From Haliotis rufescens (taxonomy: Eukaryota), in assembly GCF_023055435.1 (NCBI RefSeq), contig NW_025963924.1, forward strand, positions 6,014,001-6,078,000: DNA of 64,000 nt. The letters run 5' to 3'. This document shows, piece after piece, positions 24,264 to 38,767 of the stretch. Made by a program: the position numbers and the translations under genes. Within the stretch, counting starts at the first letter, position 1. Each line of letters opens with the position of its first letter. The notes under the pieces were generated by a model. That model saw only the letters and a program-made list of their open reading frames with translations. It made no database searches and was not told the DNA's origin.

Positions 24264-27200
24264 GGGGCTGTTGATGAGATCCGAACCGTCTACAAGAAAG
24301 CTAATGCATAAACATGTTGGAGCTGATCAGTAAACGAAATTTCGGGTGTTGTATGTTAAACAGGTTGGTGTAACTTAAAGAGCGATCCGGATATTTTGAT
24401 ATAAGAAATATTGATATTTTGAATGACATGATAATGACTGTTTGGAAAGTGTTTTAAAAGTACAAGTTTGGATATGACTCCAATCACTTCCTGTTTCCAT
24501 AATGTCCAAATGTCCCAGTTTGTGAGTCAGCTACTTCAAATTCGGCAGCACCTGTCTATGGTCTTGCTTGTGTAGACTCCTACAGATAAAGGTCAGCCAT
24601 ATAGAATGTGTATGCCTTGTAGACCTGAAGTTAAAACGGTGAATACAAACGTATTTATTAAATATAATTATACTGGTATGTTTTATCTAACTAATATTCC
24701 ACTAATAGTTAGATTAAAATAGGTATCTCACGATAACTCCAAACTACAAAAGTACAGCTTTAATACGGCTAAAAGTGACGGAAATGTTTCTTCGGTATTG
24801 GCTCGTCACCTCAAGTTGGCTTTGTTGACTATAAATAGAACACAAACGAGTTTCGTATATATTTAAGGATCCGGATTCAGTGTGTGCCCAGTTATGTTTG
24901 TTGGTATTATGGGCAGGAAAATAATCAACAGTGTCCCTCTCACTTTTGTGTTCAGTAAAAATAATGAAGAAATAATTTATTATCTTTATGCAGCATTATA
25001 CTTAAAATGAATGTAAGCTTACCTTCACAGCGCTAGAACTGTTCACGGGCAGGTGCTTGTTGTAGTTACGCTTCAGGCGTCTTAAGTGCAGCGCACGCTG
25101 TCCCTGTAACAGACAGGCGTTATCAGTGTGGAATATGGAATGACCGTTGCGCATTAAAGTCGCTATTCTTCAGCTGACGTGAAGCGTCATTTGCCTACCT
25201 CTTCACTATAGGATTTAAATGTCCATGTATATTTAGATATGGGAAATGCACAAGTGGTTATCTGAGCAGATATGCTTTTTTATTCATTAACTGTTCGCGT
25301 TTTGTGAAGCGCCTTTTGTACAGACACGCAAGGATACACACAGGCACGAACGCACGAAAGCTTCTTAAGTCGAGAGCCGTATATGTGGATGGAACGCGTT
25401 AAGGTGTTGATCCAGGTCTCATGAAGTGTGCATACGTTGTTGTTGTCAAGGTATCACTGACATAAATGTCGAATGCAATTCCCTGTTTTGACTTGTTCCA
25501 AATGTTCCTGTGTTTTTTCAGGTGAACAATTTACCTTTACCTGTATTTGTCGTGGGTGCCACTGGAAGGGCGGGATAACACTCACCTGGCATCATCACTA
25601 TTTTTGTCACTGATGGGTCAAATTTGGAAATGTCCTCCTCATGTCTACCATACAACTTTGCTTTGAAAGCTTTGCTGAGGTCTTGTATGTTGTAACATTG
25701 ATTAAACCACTCATGAGAAAGAATGGCATGACGCTCTTTGAAATATTCACAGAAAGAACATGCCCGAATGTACCTCAAAAGTACTGAAATGTAAACAGTG
25801 AAGGCTGACTATTGGAAAGTTCAAGCCATCCCTCTTGTCATACAGCCTTGTGGAGAGTTTTTTTGTCACCCTGATCTATATGTAGTATAAAACACGTCAG
25901 AGTGTTTGGGGAGTTTCAAAACCGGAATCCAAGGGATAAAAACCGAGTAGCGTCGGCCCCGAGGTTTTATCCCAAGGTTGAGGGTTTTAAATCTCATAAA
26001 AACCTGATGGTAAGTGTTTTATCCCTCTTGACATCCCTCTTGTCATAAAGTATTGTGGATGGTGTTTTGTCAAACTGAATCTCTATGCGTTGATCTAAAG
26101 ATGAAAAAGATTAGGCAGTATCACTTGTCTGCTTTTATTTCTAGCTCAGGTGGGTACATCTGTGGAAGGGAAATGACTATTTCACCATTATTGATCGATT
26201 TTAGACCACTAATATACCTGATGCTTAAGTTCAACTTCTTGGCCAAATTCCCTTTTCCCAATCTGAGCAGACCTTCCTCTTCATGTGCATAGAGAAACAG
26301 ATCAGCAAGATGGGGAGCACAATTGGTGCCCATGGGGATGCCTACCAAATTTTACATAGATGTTATCAATGACTTCATATGTTGTTTCACTCAGTGTACG
26401 TCAGATAACATTTTCTTTTATATTCCATAAATTCTCCCGAACCTCTAACGATAGAGATATAACTATATCAATAGCCACCGCGTATAGTAACAAATGCCCT
26501 TTGAATCAAAGAATAAAAGTTTTCCCTTAGTTTGTCGTGTGAATTACAAGGACAGCTGTTGACAATGGATCGGGCGATCCTGAGGCTTTGACGATTCAGT
26601 ATACCCGTGGAAGATGCCACTGACGTTGTTAATTTAACCCAGACCATGTACATGTTAGGGAAATAGTCCAATGATTTACTAATTTCATCTCTGATTTTTT
26701 TGGAACAAGCAAAATGATGCGGAAGAGGCAGGAGTACTGCTGTGCGGCTTCAGACAACAGACACTTATAATTGATGCGGATGCTACCTGTGGAGCAGAAT
26801 ATGATTCCCCTTCTCGGGAACGCCCGGTGTAATCACTTATTTTCTGGCCCGTGAAGATCCGGGGAAGAATAGGTCTTCAGCAACCTATGCTGGCTGCAAA
26901 AGGCGACTATGCTTGTCGTAAGAGGCGACTAACGGGATCGGGCTCGCTGACTTGGTTGATGCATGTCGTCGATCCCAATTGCGTGGATCGATGCTCATGA
27001 TGTCAATCACTGGATTGTCTGGTCGAGACTCGATTATTTACAGACCGCCGTCATATAGCTGGAATATTGCTGAGTGCAGCGTTAAACAACAAACAAACAA
27101 ACACTTATTTTCTGTGATTCATTCTCACATCGTCACCGCTATTTTGTCTTTCACACCCAATGGAATCTGTTTCGTCATATAATCGAGACTGATTACTCTC

Positions 27201-27424
27201 TGGCCATGAAGTTATTTGTATATATATATATGTGTATAATTATGTATAAAATGTCATGTAGATTGCTCCACCTTACGACCAATTGGTAGGTTTAGTCTTG
27301 TAAACGCAGTTACCCCTGATGATATATTTGCCCTATGGGGATATATAGGTGCGGACAAATGCATACATTGTTGATATACTCTTTAATTTCAGTTGACATT
27401 GTGATTTTAAAAATAACATATATT

Positions 27425-29119
27425 TTATGAACACCTGCAGGCACGCAAGTTAACGTCAAAGACAGGTGTCCCCGTTCCGTTATCGTGGCACTCGCCAGTG
27501 TAGACCAGTCGCTGATTAACACATACAACGTAGTAAGAAGAGCCGGGGCGATTTTCGTAGGCGTTGAGGCCGTCAGGAAGGAACCTGCAGGTTGGGTTGT
27601 TGACGAAACACGGTGGTCCACAGTTGACTGACCCAAGACACGCGTACCGGGGATACTCGCCTGGAAACAGACATACCACAGATCCACCTAAAGTTGTCAT
27701 TTGAAACCGAACACTGACGAACAACAAGTGCATGTCCGTTTGATTTCAAAGGGAAAAAATAGCGGGATCAAGTTTATAAAACAGTCCTCTAATTTGATTT
27801 GACTCAAATGTGTTCACTTTTTCCAATAGAAATGAATCAACGCATCTTTGTGTGTATGGATAAAATATGGCAACTACTGTGAAGCGCGTTCAGCCATTGG
27901 CCAGTAATTAAGGATTGCTGTAGTTAATAACTGTTAAAAGTTATATATATATTCATGCTCTTGGTTTCCATCGAAACGAGACCCGTGAAGATTCCGGGGT
28001 AGAATAGGTCTTCAGCAACCAGTGCTTGCCCTAAAAGGCGACTATGCTTTTCGTAAGATGCGACTAACGGGATCGGGTGGTCAGGCTCGCTGACTTGGTT
28101 GAAGCATGTCATCGATCCCAATTGCGTGGATCGATGTTTATGGTATTAATCACTGGATTGTCTGGTCCAGACTCGATTACGTACAGGCCGCCGTTATATA
28201 GCTGGAATATTGCTGAGTGCGCGTTAAACAACAAACATACAAACAAACTATCGAAACGAAGAGGAAGCCTGGGCACTCACATTTTCCCAGGGGCTCCATT
28301 CTGTTACCGCACTGGACCATGCTGTAGTGCTCACATCTCTGTGTTCCAGGGTTGTACAGCTGCGGGTAGGGACATTCCTGTAGGTTTTTCCCCAAGATGA
28401 TGCGTTAAATTTCATGGCTGGGGCGCTGCAATTGTAGTACTGGGCACACTTTGTGGGGTGGGGTATTAGCGTCTTCGTCGTCGTGTTGCAAATGGGGTTC
28501 ACGTCGCTTGTCGGTGCAATCAATGCTGATACTGGAATCAGTGTGAAGTGGCAGGTTGAAACTAGTTACCACAAAAAAACATAGCACAACACACGCACAG
28601 ACATACAAGAACACAACACACATATACTATACACACACACGGAGGAAACACACAACATACCCACACAACACATACATCACGCACAACACACGCACAGACA
28701 TACAAGAACACAACACACATATACTGTACACACACACGGAGGAAACACACAACATACCCACACAACACATACATCACGCACAACACACGCACAGACATAC
28801 AAGAACACAACACACATATACTATACACACACACGGAGGAAACACACAACATACCCACACAACACATACATCACGCACAACACACGCACAGACATACAAG
28901 AACACAAAACACATATACTATACACACACACGGAGGAAACACACAACATACACACACACGGAGGCAACACACATTATACCCACACAACACATACATCACG
29001 CACAACACAGCACAACACAACACAACACAACGTCTTTAAAACAGAGAATCCTGCTCACATGATTCCAGGGCGACCAGCAGCACCATCAGGAAGTACAACA
29101 CTCGACACTCACACATCAT
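27425..29119 (-). pseudogene. Gene D: B-type paralogue with 1-nt deletion in mid exon 2; exons 29119-29059, 28531-28281, 27660-27425
   Basis: Exon 2 is 251 nt; + strand GATGCGTTAAAT at ~28400 versus GATGCGGTTAAAT in B and G. The ORF track splits here into two frames. Exons 1 and 3 are open. The GG>G loss could be a read error. Confidence 0.7.
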
Positions 29120-30963
29120 GGGGCTGCAGAAGAGATCCAATCAGTTGCCCCCCTGGATTTTTTTTTATAGAAAACAGTTTTATTTGAATCAACTTGGGGA
29201 CAAGTGATACTTGTGCAAATATTTGCCCTCCCTGTAAAAAAATGTTAGCTGCGGCCTAATATGCGATCCTCTGGTTTGGATAAAGCGAAATTTCACTTGT
29301 ATGTCAAACAGATTGGTGTTATTTAGAGCTCGATCTGTATATTTTAATATGATAACGAATTCGTATTGTGTAGAACATGTAAATGGCCGTTTGGAATGTG
29401 TTTTAAAAGTACAGGTTTGATTTGGTTGGTTGGTTTGTTGTTTAACGCCGCACTCAGCAATATTCCAGCTATATGACGACGGTCTGTAAATAATCGAGTC
29501 TGGACCAGACATTCCAGTAATTAATATCATGAGCATCGACCCCAACCAAGTCAGCGAGCCTGACCACCCGATCCCGTTTGTCGCCTTTTACGACAAGCAT
29601 AGTCGCCTTTTACGGCAAGCATGGGTTGCTGAAGACTTATTTTATCCCTGAATCTTCACGGGTCTACAAGTTTGAATATGACTCCAATCACTTCCTGTAT
29701 CCATAATGATCATAATGTCCTTATGTCTCAGTGTGTAAGTCAGATACTTCAAATTCGGCCACACTTGGTTATCTTGGGTTAAGAAGAAAACAGCTGTCTC
29801 CCGTCTTGTCTGTATAGCTCTTCAGACAATGGTCAGCGTAAGTTAAATTCCACTTCCATTTATTATTTTGTGAATACGTGTAGAACTGAAGCTAAAACTG
29901 TAAATATTTATTGAATATACTTGTACTGGCATGCTTTATCTAACTTAAATTCCACTTCCATTTATTATTTTTATGCAGCCTGATATATAACATAAATCAC
30001 AGCTTACCTTATCAACGCTATAACCGATATAGTGCAGGTGCTTGTGGTGTCTTGACGATAGGATTAAATGTCATTGTATATTAGATAAGAAAAATGCGCA
30101 TATTCTTATCTGAACAACAGATGGGTTTTTTATGTGCAAGGATATATTAGGTCTCCCTGTGCTGTAAAGTCTATTGTACATTCATGGACAGACACAGATA
30201 CGCACAGACGCACTCACGGACTCGGTTTTGCCTGCACAAGGCACACAGTCATCACAGATCATGAGTTTCATTTGTTCTAAGTGATTCACGATCATTTCAA
30301 TGAAACACTGTAACCTATATATTTGGGAATGAAGTTATTTTTTTTATTTGTTGTTTATTGATACAATCAGCCAATAATCCAGCCACATGGCAAGGAGCAT
30401 GTAAATGACTGAGTGATTTATATTTTGAGCAACGTTTTACTCTGTCTGGGTAGGGTGACACGCAATCAACGGAGTCAAAGTGCCTGACCACCAGATCAAG
30501 TTAGGAGCTTCTTACTACCAGCAGGGGCGGTCGGGTAGCCTGGTGATTAAAGCGTTCGTTCATCACGCCGAAGACCCGGGTTCGATTCCCGACATGGGTA
30601 CATTGTGTGAAGCCCATTTCTGGTGTCCCCCGCCGTATTATTGCTGGAATATTGCTAAAAGCGGCGTAAAACCATACTCACTCACTCACTCACTCACTTA
30701 CTAACAGCATAGAGTAGTTTATGTAATAGTTTGTTTTTTATTGAAATTGAACAGGGCCTGTATCATTTATTTTTTATATCATTATCATGCTTAGTGGCAC
30801 TATCAGTATCGTTAACAGCTGCTATAATTGACAGCCGTTGTCTACGTCTGGTTCACGTAAAGGTGTTGATGCAGATGCCGTCAAGTGCGTCTACGTTGTG
30901 CTTATCAACATCTTTATGAAGACGAGTAAAATGTCTGAGTATCTGCCCAGTCAATAGATAAAA

Positions 30964-32480
30964 GGACCCGTGAAGATCCGGGGTAGCATAGGTCTTCAGC
31001 AACCCATGCTTGCCGTGAAAGGCGACTATGCTTGTCGTAAGGCCACTGACGGGGTCGGGTGGTCAGGCTCGCTGACTTTGTTGATGCATGTCATTGATCC
31101 CAATTGCTTGGATCGATGCTCATGATATTAATCACTGAATTGTCTGGTACAGACTCGATTATTTACAGACCGCCGTTATGTAGCTGGAGTGCGACGTTAA
31201 ACAACAAACCAATAAAGAAAAAAACCCTTTCCATATTCATAAGAAATGTCTTCTAACATCTGACTATATCATGAGCATGTGTTTATGAGTCACTATCAAA
31301 TAGTGACGATACACGTGTTTGCGAAAAGGTGAGCATATCCTGCCCCACCGGTGACATCCGTCACAACCACACAGATAGTTAATTGTTCACTTGAAAAAAC
31401 ACAGCAACTTTTGGTACAAGTTAAAAAAGGGAATTGCCTCGGACATAATTTTTATCAAATTTGCACACAAAAAATGTGCTCAGAACTTCAATGTTGTAGC
31501 CGTGATCAAACAACTCAAATCAGATCAAATCAGTGGACGGGAATTGGCTATTTGACTGTTCTTGAAAGATATCAGATCATACATATACCTAAAGCTTAAG
31601 TTAAACTTCTTGGCCAAATTCCCTTGTTTTTGTTTTGCCAATCGGAGTAGAAATTCTTATTCATAATGTCTAACGAATCAGTTCAGCACGACGGAAAACA
31701 CAATTGGTGCCTATGGGGATGCCTACATCTTGCTTAAATGTCTTATCCCAAAATTTCACATAGATGTTATCAATGAAGACGTCCAGCGTTTCACATATTG
31801 CTTTCTCACTGAACTTCAGATGCCATTTGCTTTCATTTTTCAGAAATTGTCCTGAACCTCTGAAGATAGATGTGTAAATATGTCTTTAGTCTCCACATTT
31901 AGTAACAAATATCCGGGGTAGAATAGGCCTTCATCAACCCATGCTTGCCGTAAAAGGCGACTACGCTTGTCGTAAGAGGCGACTAACGGGATCGGGTGGT
32001 CAGGCTCGCTGACTTGGTTGATGCATGTTATCGTTCCCAATTGCGTGGATCGATGCTCATGATATTAATCACTGGGTTGTCTGGTCTAGACTCGATTATT
32101 TACAGACCGCCGTCATATATAGCTGGAATATTGCTGAGTGCAGAGTTAAACAACCAACCAACCAACCAACCAATTGCATGGATCGATGCTCATGATATTA
32201 ATCACTGGATTGTCTGGTCCAGACTCGATTATTTACAGACCGCCGTCATATAGCTGGAATATTGCTGAGTGCGGAGTTAAAAACCAACCAACCAACAAAT
32301 CTTATCTTGGAGTGCTAGTAGGAAACATACTGGCTTGTCGCATTAGAAGTAGAAGGCGACTAACGGGATCGGGTGCTCAGGCTCGCTGACTTGGTTGATG
32401 CATGTCATCGATTATTTACAGACCGCCGTCATATAGCTGGAATATTGCTGAGTGCGGCGTAAAACAACAAACCAACCAAC
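30964..32480 (+). mobile_element. Cluster of SINE A copies (30964-31215; 31910-32480 with tandem partial repeats) around a PLE fragment
   Basis: Consensus matches with repeated 3' halves. Confidence 0.8.
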
Positions 32481-33419
32481 TATTACAATTCTACTAAGTC
32501 TACTAATTATACAATTATCTACTAATGATAACATCAAGCACTGGCTTAAAACACCATAGTTATTAGTTGTTGCAAGCAATAATCGACCTCCTCAACGAAA
32601 CACTAGAGTCTATATTTCGGAATAAGCGGTAAAATACGGTTATTCTGTTTAGAACCACATTTTGTCATAATACCTATCATAAAGACATTTTCTTAATATA
32701 CTTTAATTTATCTTGTAGAATGGATGACAACACAAACGCAAATCTATTGTGCCTTGGGTCAGTGTGTAGTGTGTTCGCGTGCCGTTTGAATTTGTAATTT
32801 ATATATTAAGGATAGGGTGTGTTATAAAGTATTAATTTATCGTACTCGTATGTGATTAACAGTAAAGGTGCATATGGTAAGGTCTGATATTATAGTTCAG
32901 GCATGTGAAGGAAAACTGTGGACACAATCACAGTGTTTGTTATAAACATCTTCTTTTCTTTTAAAGGGGGAGTGTTTGTGTCCCTCAGTTTCTGGACCAG
33001 CCAACCCAGAAAAAAAAGACATAAAAATAATGTCTTCCCCTGGCTTCATCCACTGTCATCATTGTTTGTTGTCTCTGTTGTGTTTGTCAAGGCAAAGGTG
33101 TATTTAACCTCAACTAAACAACTACACAGCCGGGCGAAGGATAGTGCACACCCATGTTTGATGGTTTTTAGAAAAAATTATTCGATGGTGATGTATAACA
33201 CGGTTATTATAGTGCCCATTTACCTTTGTAGTATTTCGGCGACTGTTTTAACCTTGAACCGTTTTCATAATGTTTGTTATTTTGGGTCAAATCTAATTGT
33301 CACGTGTAAACGTTCATTGGCCTGGCAGTTTATGTCCTAGTGTTTTATCACAAGCTTTATAAAGTTACCGGTATCTGTAGCGAAACGTCGCACTGAAAGA
33401 ATAGAAAAGTTGAGCTCAT

Positions 33420-36400
33420 GTCTTGGTCTAGACAGTTGCAGTCTTGTTCTAGACAGTTGCAGTCTTGTTCTAGTCAGTTACAGTCTTGTTCTAGACAGTT
33501 GCAGTCTTGTTCTAGTCAGTTACAGTCTTGTTTTAGACAGTTGCAGTCTTGTTCCAGACAGTTGCAATCTTGTTCCAGACAGTTGCAGTCTTGTTCCAGA
33601 CAGTTATAGTCTTGTTCTAGACAGTTGTAGTCAGTTACAGTCTTGTTCTAGACAGTTGCAGTCTTGTTCTAGACAGTTATAGTCAGTTACAGTCCTGTTC
33701 TAGTCAGTTACAGTCTTGTTCTAGACAGTGGCAGTCTTGTTCCAGACAGTTATAGTCAGTTACAGTCCTGTTCTAGTCAGTTACAGTCTTGTTCTAGACA
33801 GTTATAGTCAGTTACAGTCCTGTTCTAGTCAGTTACAGTCTTGTTCTAGACAGTGGCAGTCTTGTTCCAGACAGTTATAGTCAGTTACAGTCTTGTTCTA
33901 GACAGTTGCAGTCTTGTTCTAGACAGTTATAGTCAGTTACAGTCTTGTTCTAGACAGTTATAGTCAGTTACAGTCCTGTTCTAGTCAGTTACAGTCTTGT
34001 TCTAGACAGTGGCAGTCTTGTTCCAGACAGTTATAGTCAGTTACAGTCTTGTTCTAGACAGTTGCAGTCTTGTTCTAGACAGTTGTAGTCAGTACAGACT
34101 TGTTCTAGACAGTTACAGTCTTGTTCTAGACAGTTATAGTCAGTTACAGTCCTGTTCTAGTCAGTTACAGTCTTGTTCTAGACAGTGGCAGTCTTGTTCC
34201 AGACAGTTATAGTCAGTTACAGTCTTGTTCTAGACAGTTGCAGTCTTGTTCTAGACAGTTGTAGTCAGTACAGACTTGTTCTAGACAGTTGCAGTCTTGT
34301 TCTAGACAGTTACAGTCTTGTTCTAGACAGTTGCAGTCTTGTTCTAGACAGTTGTAGTCAGTACAGACTTGTTCTAGACAGTAACTGTCTTGTTCTAGAC
34401 AGTAACAGTCTTGTTCTAGACAGTTACAGTCTTGTTCTAGACAGTTACAGTCTCGTTCTAGACAGTTGCAGTCTTGTTCTAGACAGTTGCAGTCTTGTTC
34501 TAGACAGTTGCAGTCTTCTTCCAGACAGTTGCAGTCTTCTTCCAGACAGTTGCAGTCCTGTTCCAGACAGTTATAGCCTTGTTCTAGACAGTTGTAGTCA
34601 GTTACAGTCTTGTTCTAGACAGTTGCAGTCTTGTTCTAGACAGTGGCAGTCTTGTTCCAGACAGTTATAGTCAGTTACAGTCCTGTTCTAGTCAGTTACA
34701 GTCTTGTTCTAGACAGTTATAGTCAGTTACAGTCCTGTTCTAGTCAGTTACAGTCTTGTTCTAGACAGTGGCAGTCTTGTTCCAGACAGTTATAGTCAGT
34801 TACAGTCTTGTTCTAGACAGTTGCAGTCTTGTTCTAGACAGTTATAGTCAGTTACAGTCTTGTTCTAGACAGTTATAGTCAGTTACAGTCCTGTTCTAGT
34901 CAGTTACAGTCTTGTTCTAGACAGTGGCAGTCTTGTTCCAGACAGTTATAGTCAGTTACAGTCTTGTTCTAGACAGTTGCAGTCTTGTTCTAGACAGTTG
35001 CAGTCTTGTTCTAGACAGTTGCAGTCTTGTTCTAGACAGTTATAGTCTTGTTCTAGACAGTTACAGTCTTGTTCTAGACAGTAACAGTCTTGTTCTAGAC
35101 AGTTACAGTCTTGTTCTAGACAGTAACAGTTTTGTTCTAGACAGTTGCAGTCTTGTTCTAGACAGTTGCAGTCTTGTTCTAGACAGTTGCAGTCTTGTTC
35201 TAGACAGTAACAGTTTTGTTCTAGACAGTTGCAATCTTGTTCTAGACAGTTATAGTCTTGTTCTAGACAGTTACAGTCTTGTTCTAGACAGTAACAGTCT
35301 TGTTCTAGACAGTTACAGTCTTGTTCTAGACAGTAACAGTTTTGTTCTAGACAGTTGCAGTCTTGTTCTAGACAGTTGCAGTCTTGTTCTAGACAGTTGC
35401 AGTCTTGTTCTAGACAGTTGCAGTCTTGTTCTAGACAGTTGCAGTCTTGTTCTAGACAGTTGCAGTCTTGTTCTAGACAGTTACAGTCTTGTTCTAGACA
35501 GTTACAGTCTTGTTCTAGACAGTTGTAGTCTTGGTCTAGACAGTTGCAGTCTTGTTCCAGACAGTTGCAGTCTTGTTCTAGACAGTTGCAGTCTTGTTCT
35601 AGACAGCTGCAGTCTTGTTCTAGACAGTTGCAGTCTTGTCTAGACAGTTAATCTTGTTGTAGACAGTTGTAGTCAGTTATAGTCTTGTTCTAGACAGTTA
35701 TAGTCTTGTTCTAAACAGTTGCAGTCTTGTTCCAGACAGTTGCAGTCTTGTTCTAGACAGTTAGTCTTGTTCTAGACAGTTGTAGTCAGTTATAGTCTTG
35801 TTCTAGACAGTTATAGTCTTGTTCTAGACAGTTGCAGTCTTGTTCCAGACAGTTGCAGTCTTGTTCTAGACAGTTAGTCTTGTTCTAGACAGTTGTAGTC
35901 AGTTATAGTCTTGTTCTAGACAGTTATAGTCTTGTTCTAGACAGTTGCAGTCTTGTTCCAGACAGTTGCAGTCTTGTTCTAGACAGTTACAGTCTTGTTC
36001 TAGACAGTAACAGTCTTGTTCTAGACAGTTACAGTCTTGTTCTAGACAGTAACAGTTTTGTTCTAGACAGTTGCAGTCTTGTTCTAGACAGTTGCAGTCT
36101 TGTTCTAGACAGTTGCAGTCTTGTTCTAGACAGTTGCAGTCTTGTTCCAGACAGTTGCAGTCTTGTTCTAGACAGTTAATCTTGTTGTAGACAGTTGTAG
36201 TCAGTTATAGTCTTGTTCTAGACAGTTATAGTCTTGTTCTAAACAGTTGCAGTCTTGTTCCAGACAGTTGCAGTCTTGTTCTAGACAGTTAGTCTTGTTC
36301 TAGACAGTTGTAGTCAGTTATAGTCTTGTTCTAGACAGTTATAGTCTTGTTCTAGACAGTTGCAGTCTTGTTCCAGACAGTTGCAGTCTTGTTCTAGACA

Positions 36401-37925
36401 GTTAGTCTTGTTCTAGACAGTTGTAGTCAGTTATAGTCTTGTTCTAGACAGTTATAGTCTTGTTCTAGACAGTTGCAGTCTTGTTCTAGACAGTTACAGT
36501 CTTGTTCTAGACAGTAACAGTCTTGTTCTAGACAGTTACAGTCTTGTTCTAGACAGTAACAGTTTTGTTCTAGACAGTTGCAGTCTTGTTCTAGACAGTT
36601 GCAGTCTTGTTCTAGACAGTTGCAGTCTTGTTCTAGACAGTTGCAGTCTTGTTCTAGACAGTTGCAGTCTTGTTCTAGACAGTTGCAGTCTTGTTCTAGA
36701 CAGTTACAGTCTTGTTCTAGACAGTTACAGTCTTGTTCTAGACAGTTGTAGTCTTGGTCTAGACAGTTGCAGTCTTGTTCCAGACAGTTGCAGTCTTGTT
36801 CTAGACAGTTACAGTCTTGTTCTAGACAGTTAGTCTTGTTCTAGACAGTTACAGTCTTGTTCTAGACAGTTACAGTCTTGTTCTAGACAGTTGTAGTCTT
36901 GTTCTAGACAGTTGTAGTCTTGTTCTAGACAGTTACAGTCTTGTTCCAGACAGTTGCAGTCTTGTTCTAGACAGTTGCAGTCTTGTTCTAGACAGTTGCA
37001 GTCTTGTTCCAGACAGTTGCAGTCTTGTTCTAGACAGTTGCAGTCTTGTTCTAGACAGCTGCAGTCTTGTTCTAGACAGTTGCAGTCTTGTCTAGACAGT
37101 TAATCTTGTTCTAGACAGTTGTAGTCAGTTATAGTCTTGTTCTAGACAGTTATAGTCTTGTTCTAAACAGTTGCAGTCTTGTTCCAGACAGTTGCAGTCT
37201 TGTTCTAGACAGTTGCAGTCTTATTCTAGACAGTTACAGTCTTGTTCCAGACAGTTGCAGTCTTGTTCTAGACAGTTAGTCTTGTTCTAGACAGTTGTAG
37301 TCAGTTATAGTCTTGTTCTAGACAGTTATAGTCTTGTTCTAGACAGTTGCAGTCTTGTTCCAGACAGTTGCAGTCTTGTTCTAGACAGTTAGTCTTGTTC
37401 TAGACAGTTGTAGTCAGTTATAGTCTTGTTCTAGACAGTTATAGTCTTGTTCTAGACAGTTGCAGTCTTGTTCCAGACAGTTGCAGTCTTGTTCTAGACA
37501 GTTGCAGTCTTGTTCTAGACAGTTATAGTCAGTTACAGTCCTGTTCTAGTCAGTTACAGTCTTGTTCTAGACAGTGGCAGTCTTGTTCCAGACAGTCATA
37601 GTCAGTTACAGTCTTGTTCTAGACAGTTGCAGTCTTGTTCTAGACAGTTATAGTCAGTTACAGTCTTGTTCTAGACAGTTATAGTCAGTTACAGTCCTGT
37701 TCTAGTCAGTTACAGTCTTGTTCTAGACAGTTATAGTCAGTTACAGTCCTGTTCTAGTCAGTTACAGTCTTGTTCTAGACAGTGGTAGTCTTGTTCCAGA
37801 CAGTTATATTCAGTTACAGTCTTGTTCTAGACAGTTATAGTCAGTTACAGTCTTGTTCTAGACAGTTGCAGTCTTGTTCTAGACAGTTGCAGTCTTGTTC
37901 TAGACAGTTGCAATCTTGTTCCAGA
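33420..37925 (+). repeat. 21-bp minisatellite (CAGTTGCAGTCTTGTTCTAGA)n, ~4.5 kb, with 10-nt inserts and higher-order blocks
   Basis: Direct reading of the tandem units. Confidence 0.97.
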
Positions 37926-38059
37926 CACTTGTTTGATAAAGTTACCAGGATCTGTAGCGAAACGTCGCACTGAAAGAATAGATAAGTAACAGTCTTGTTG
38001 CAGCTGTGATGACAGCTACAGGCTCACAGATGTGTCTACAGGCACACCTTGTACAAAGT

Positions 38060-38305
38060 AATGTCACTTGGTCCCAGCTGTTCCTTACAGTCATCATCAC
38101 TTGGTCACAGATGTTACTTACAGTCATCATCACTTGGTCACAGATGTTACTTACAGTCATCATCACTTGGTCACAGATGTTACTTACAGTCATCATCACT
38201 TGGTCACAGATGTTCCTTACAGTCATCATCACTTGGTCACAGATGTTACTTACAGTCATCATCACTTGGTCACAGATGTTCCTTACAGTCATCATCACTT
38301 GGTTA
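38060..38305 (+). repeat. 33-bp minisatellite (CTTACAGTCATCATCACTTGGTCACAGATGTT[C/A])n
   Basis: About 7 tandem units. Confidence 0.95.
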
Positions 38306-38767
38306 AACATACATATGTATATAAACATGTATATACTGTTCATTCCAAACTATAGACACCTGTATTTTATTGAGAAAATCGTTAATTGCTTGGAACAAAT
38401 GAAACTCATGAAAGAATGACTGTGGTCGTGCATACGTCCATGTTAGTGTGTGTGCTAACTCAGACCCAGACCCTCTCACTCGCTCGATCACTCACTCACT
38501 CGTCCCAAATGGAATCTGTTTCGGCAGATAATCTGGACTAACGAAGCATTCATCAATAAATTATAAAAGGACCATGTTTGGGTCGAGATATTACGATTGT
38601 CCCTTACTACAGTGTTGCACAGTTTCTGAAGTATTTCCCTATATTTGTCAGCAGCAGGATTTCTGCACATGTACGCAGCAGACGTTATTCCAACAAAATC
38701 CGTAAACACGTTGTTGAGAAAATCTTTAATTTACATTGCAATTGTGATTTGTAAAACAACGGATTTT

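Larger units (their letters stand above)
18500..38490 (+). repeat. Larger segmental duplication, ~46423-64000 (offset ~28 kb)
   Basis: Same order in both: LINE fragment, gene C/F, PLE, gene D/G, SINE A, 21-bp then 33-bp minisatellites, gene E 3' flank. Confidence 0.9.

Noticed and set aside
28556-29062. Thr/His-rich and Cys/Val-rich ORFs
   Set aside because: Translations of the CA-rich intronic repeat.
33410-35643. Long ORFs of LDSCSLV / SRQLQSC heptads (also 61500-62788)
   Set aside because: Translations of a stop-poor 21-bp minisatellite; 10-nt inserts break frame and array length is not conserved between duplicates.
33420-37925. CRISPR-like periodicity
   Set aside because: Head-to-tail units without unique spacers; eukaryotic context; no cas genes.
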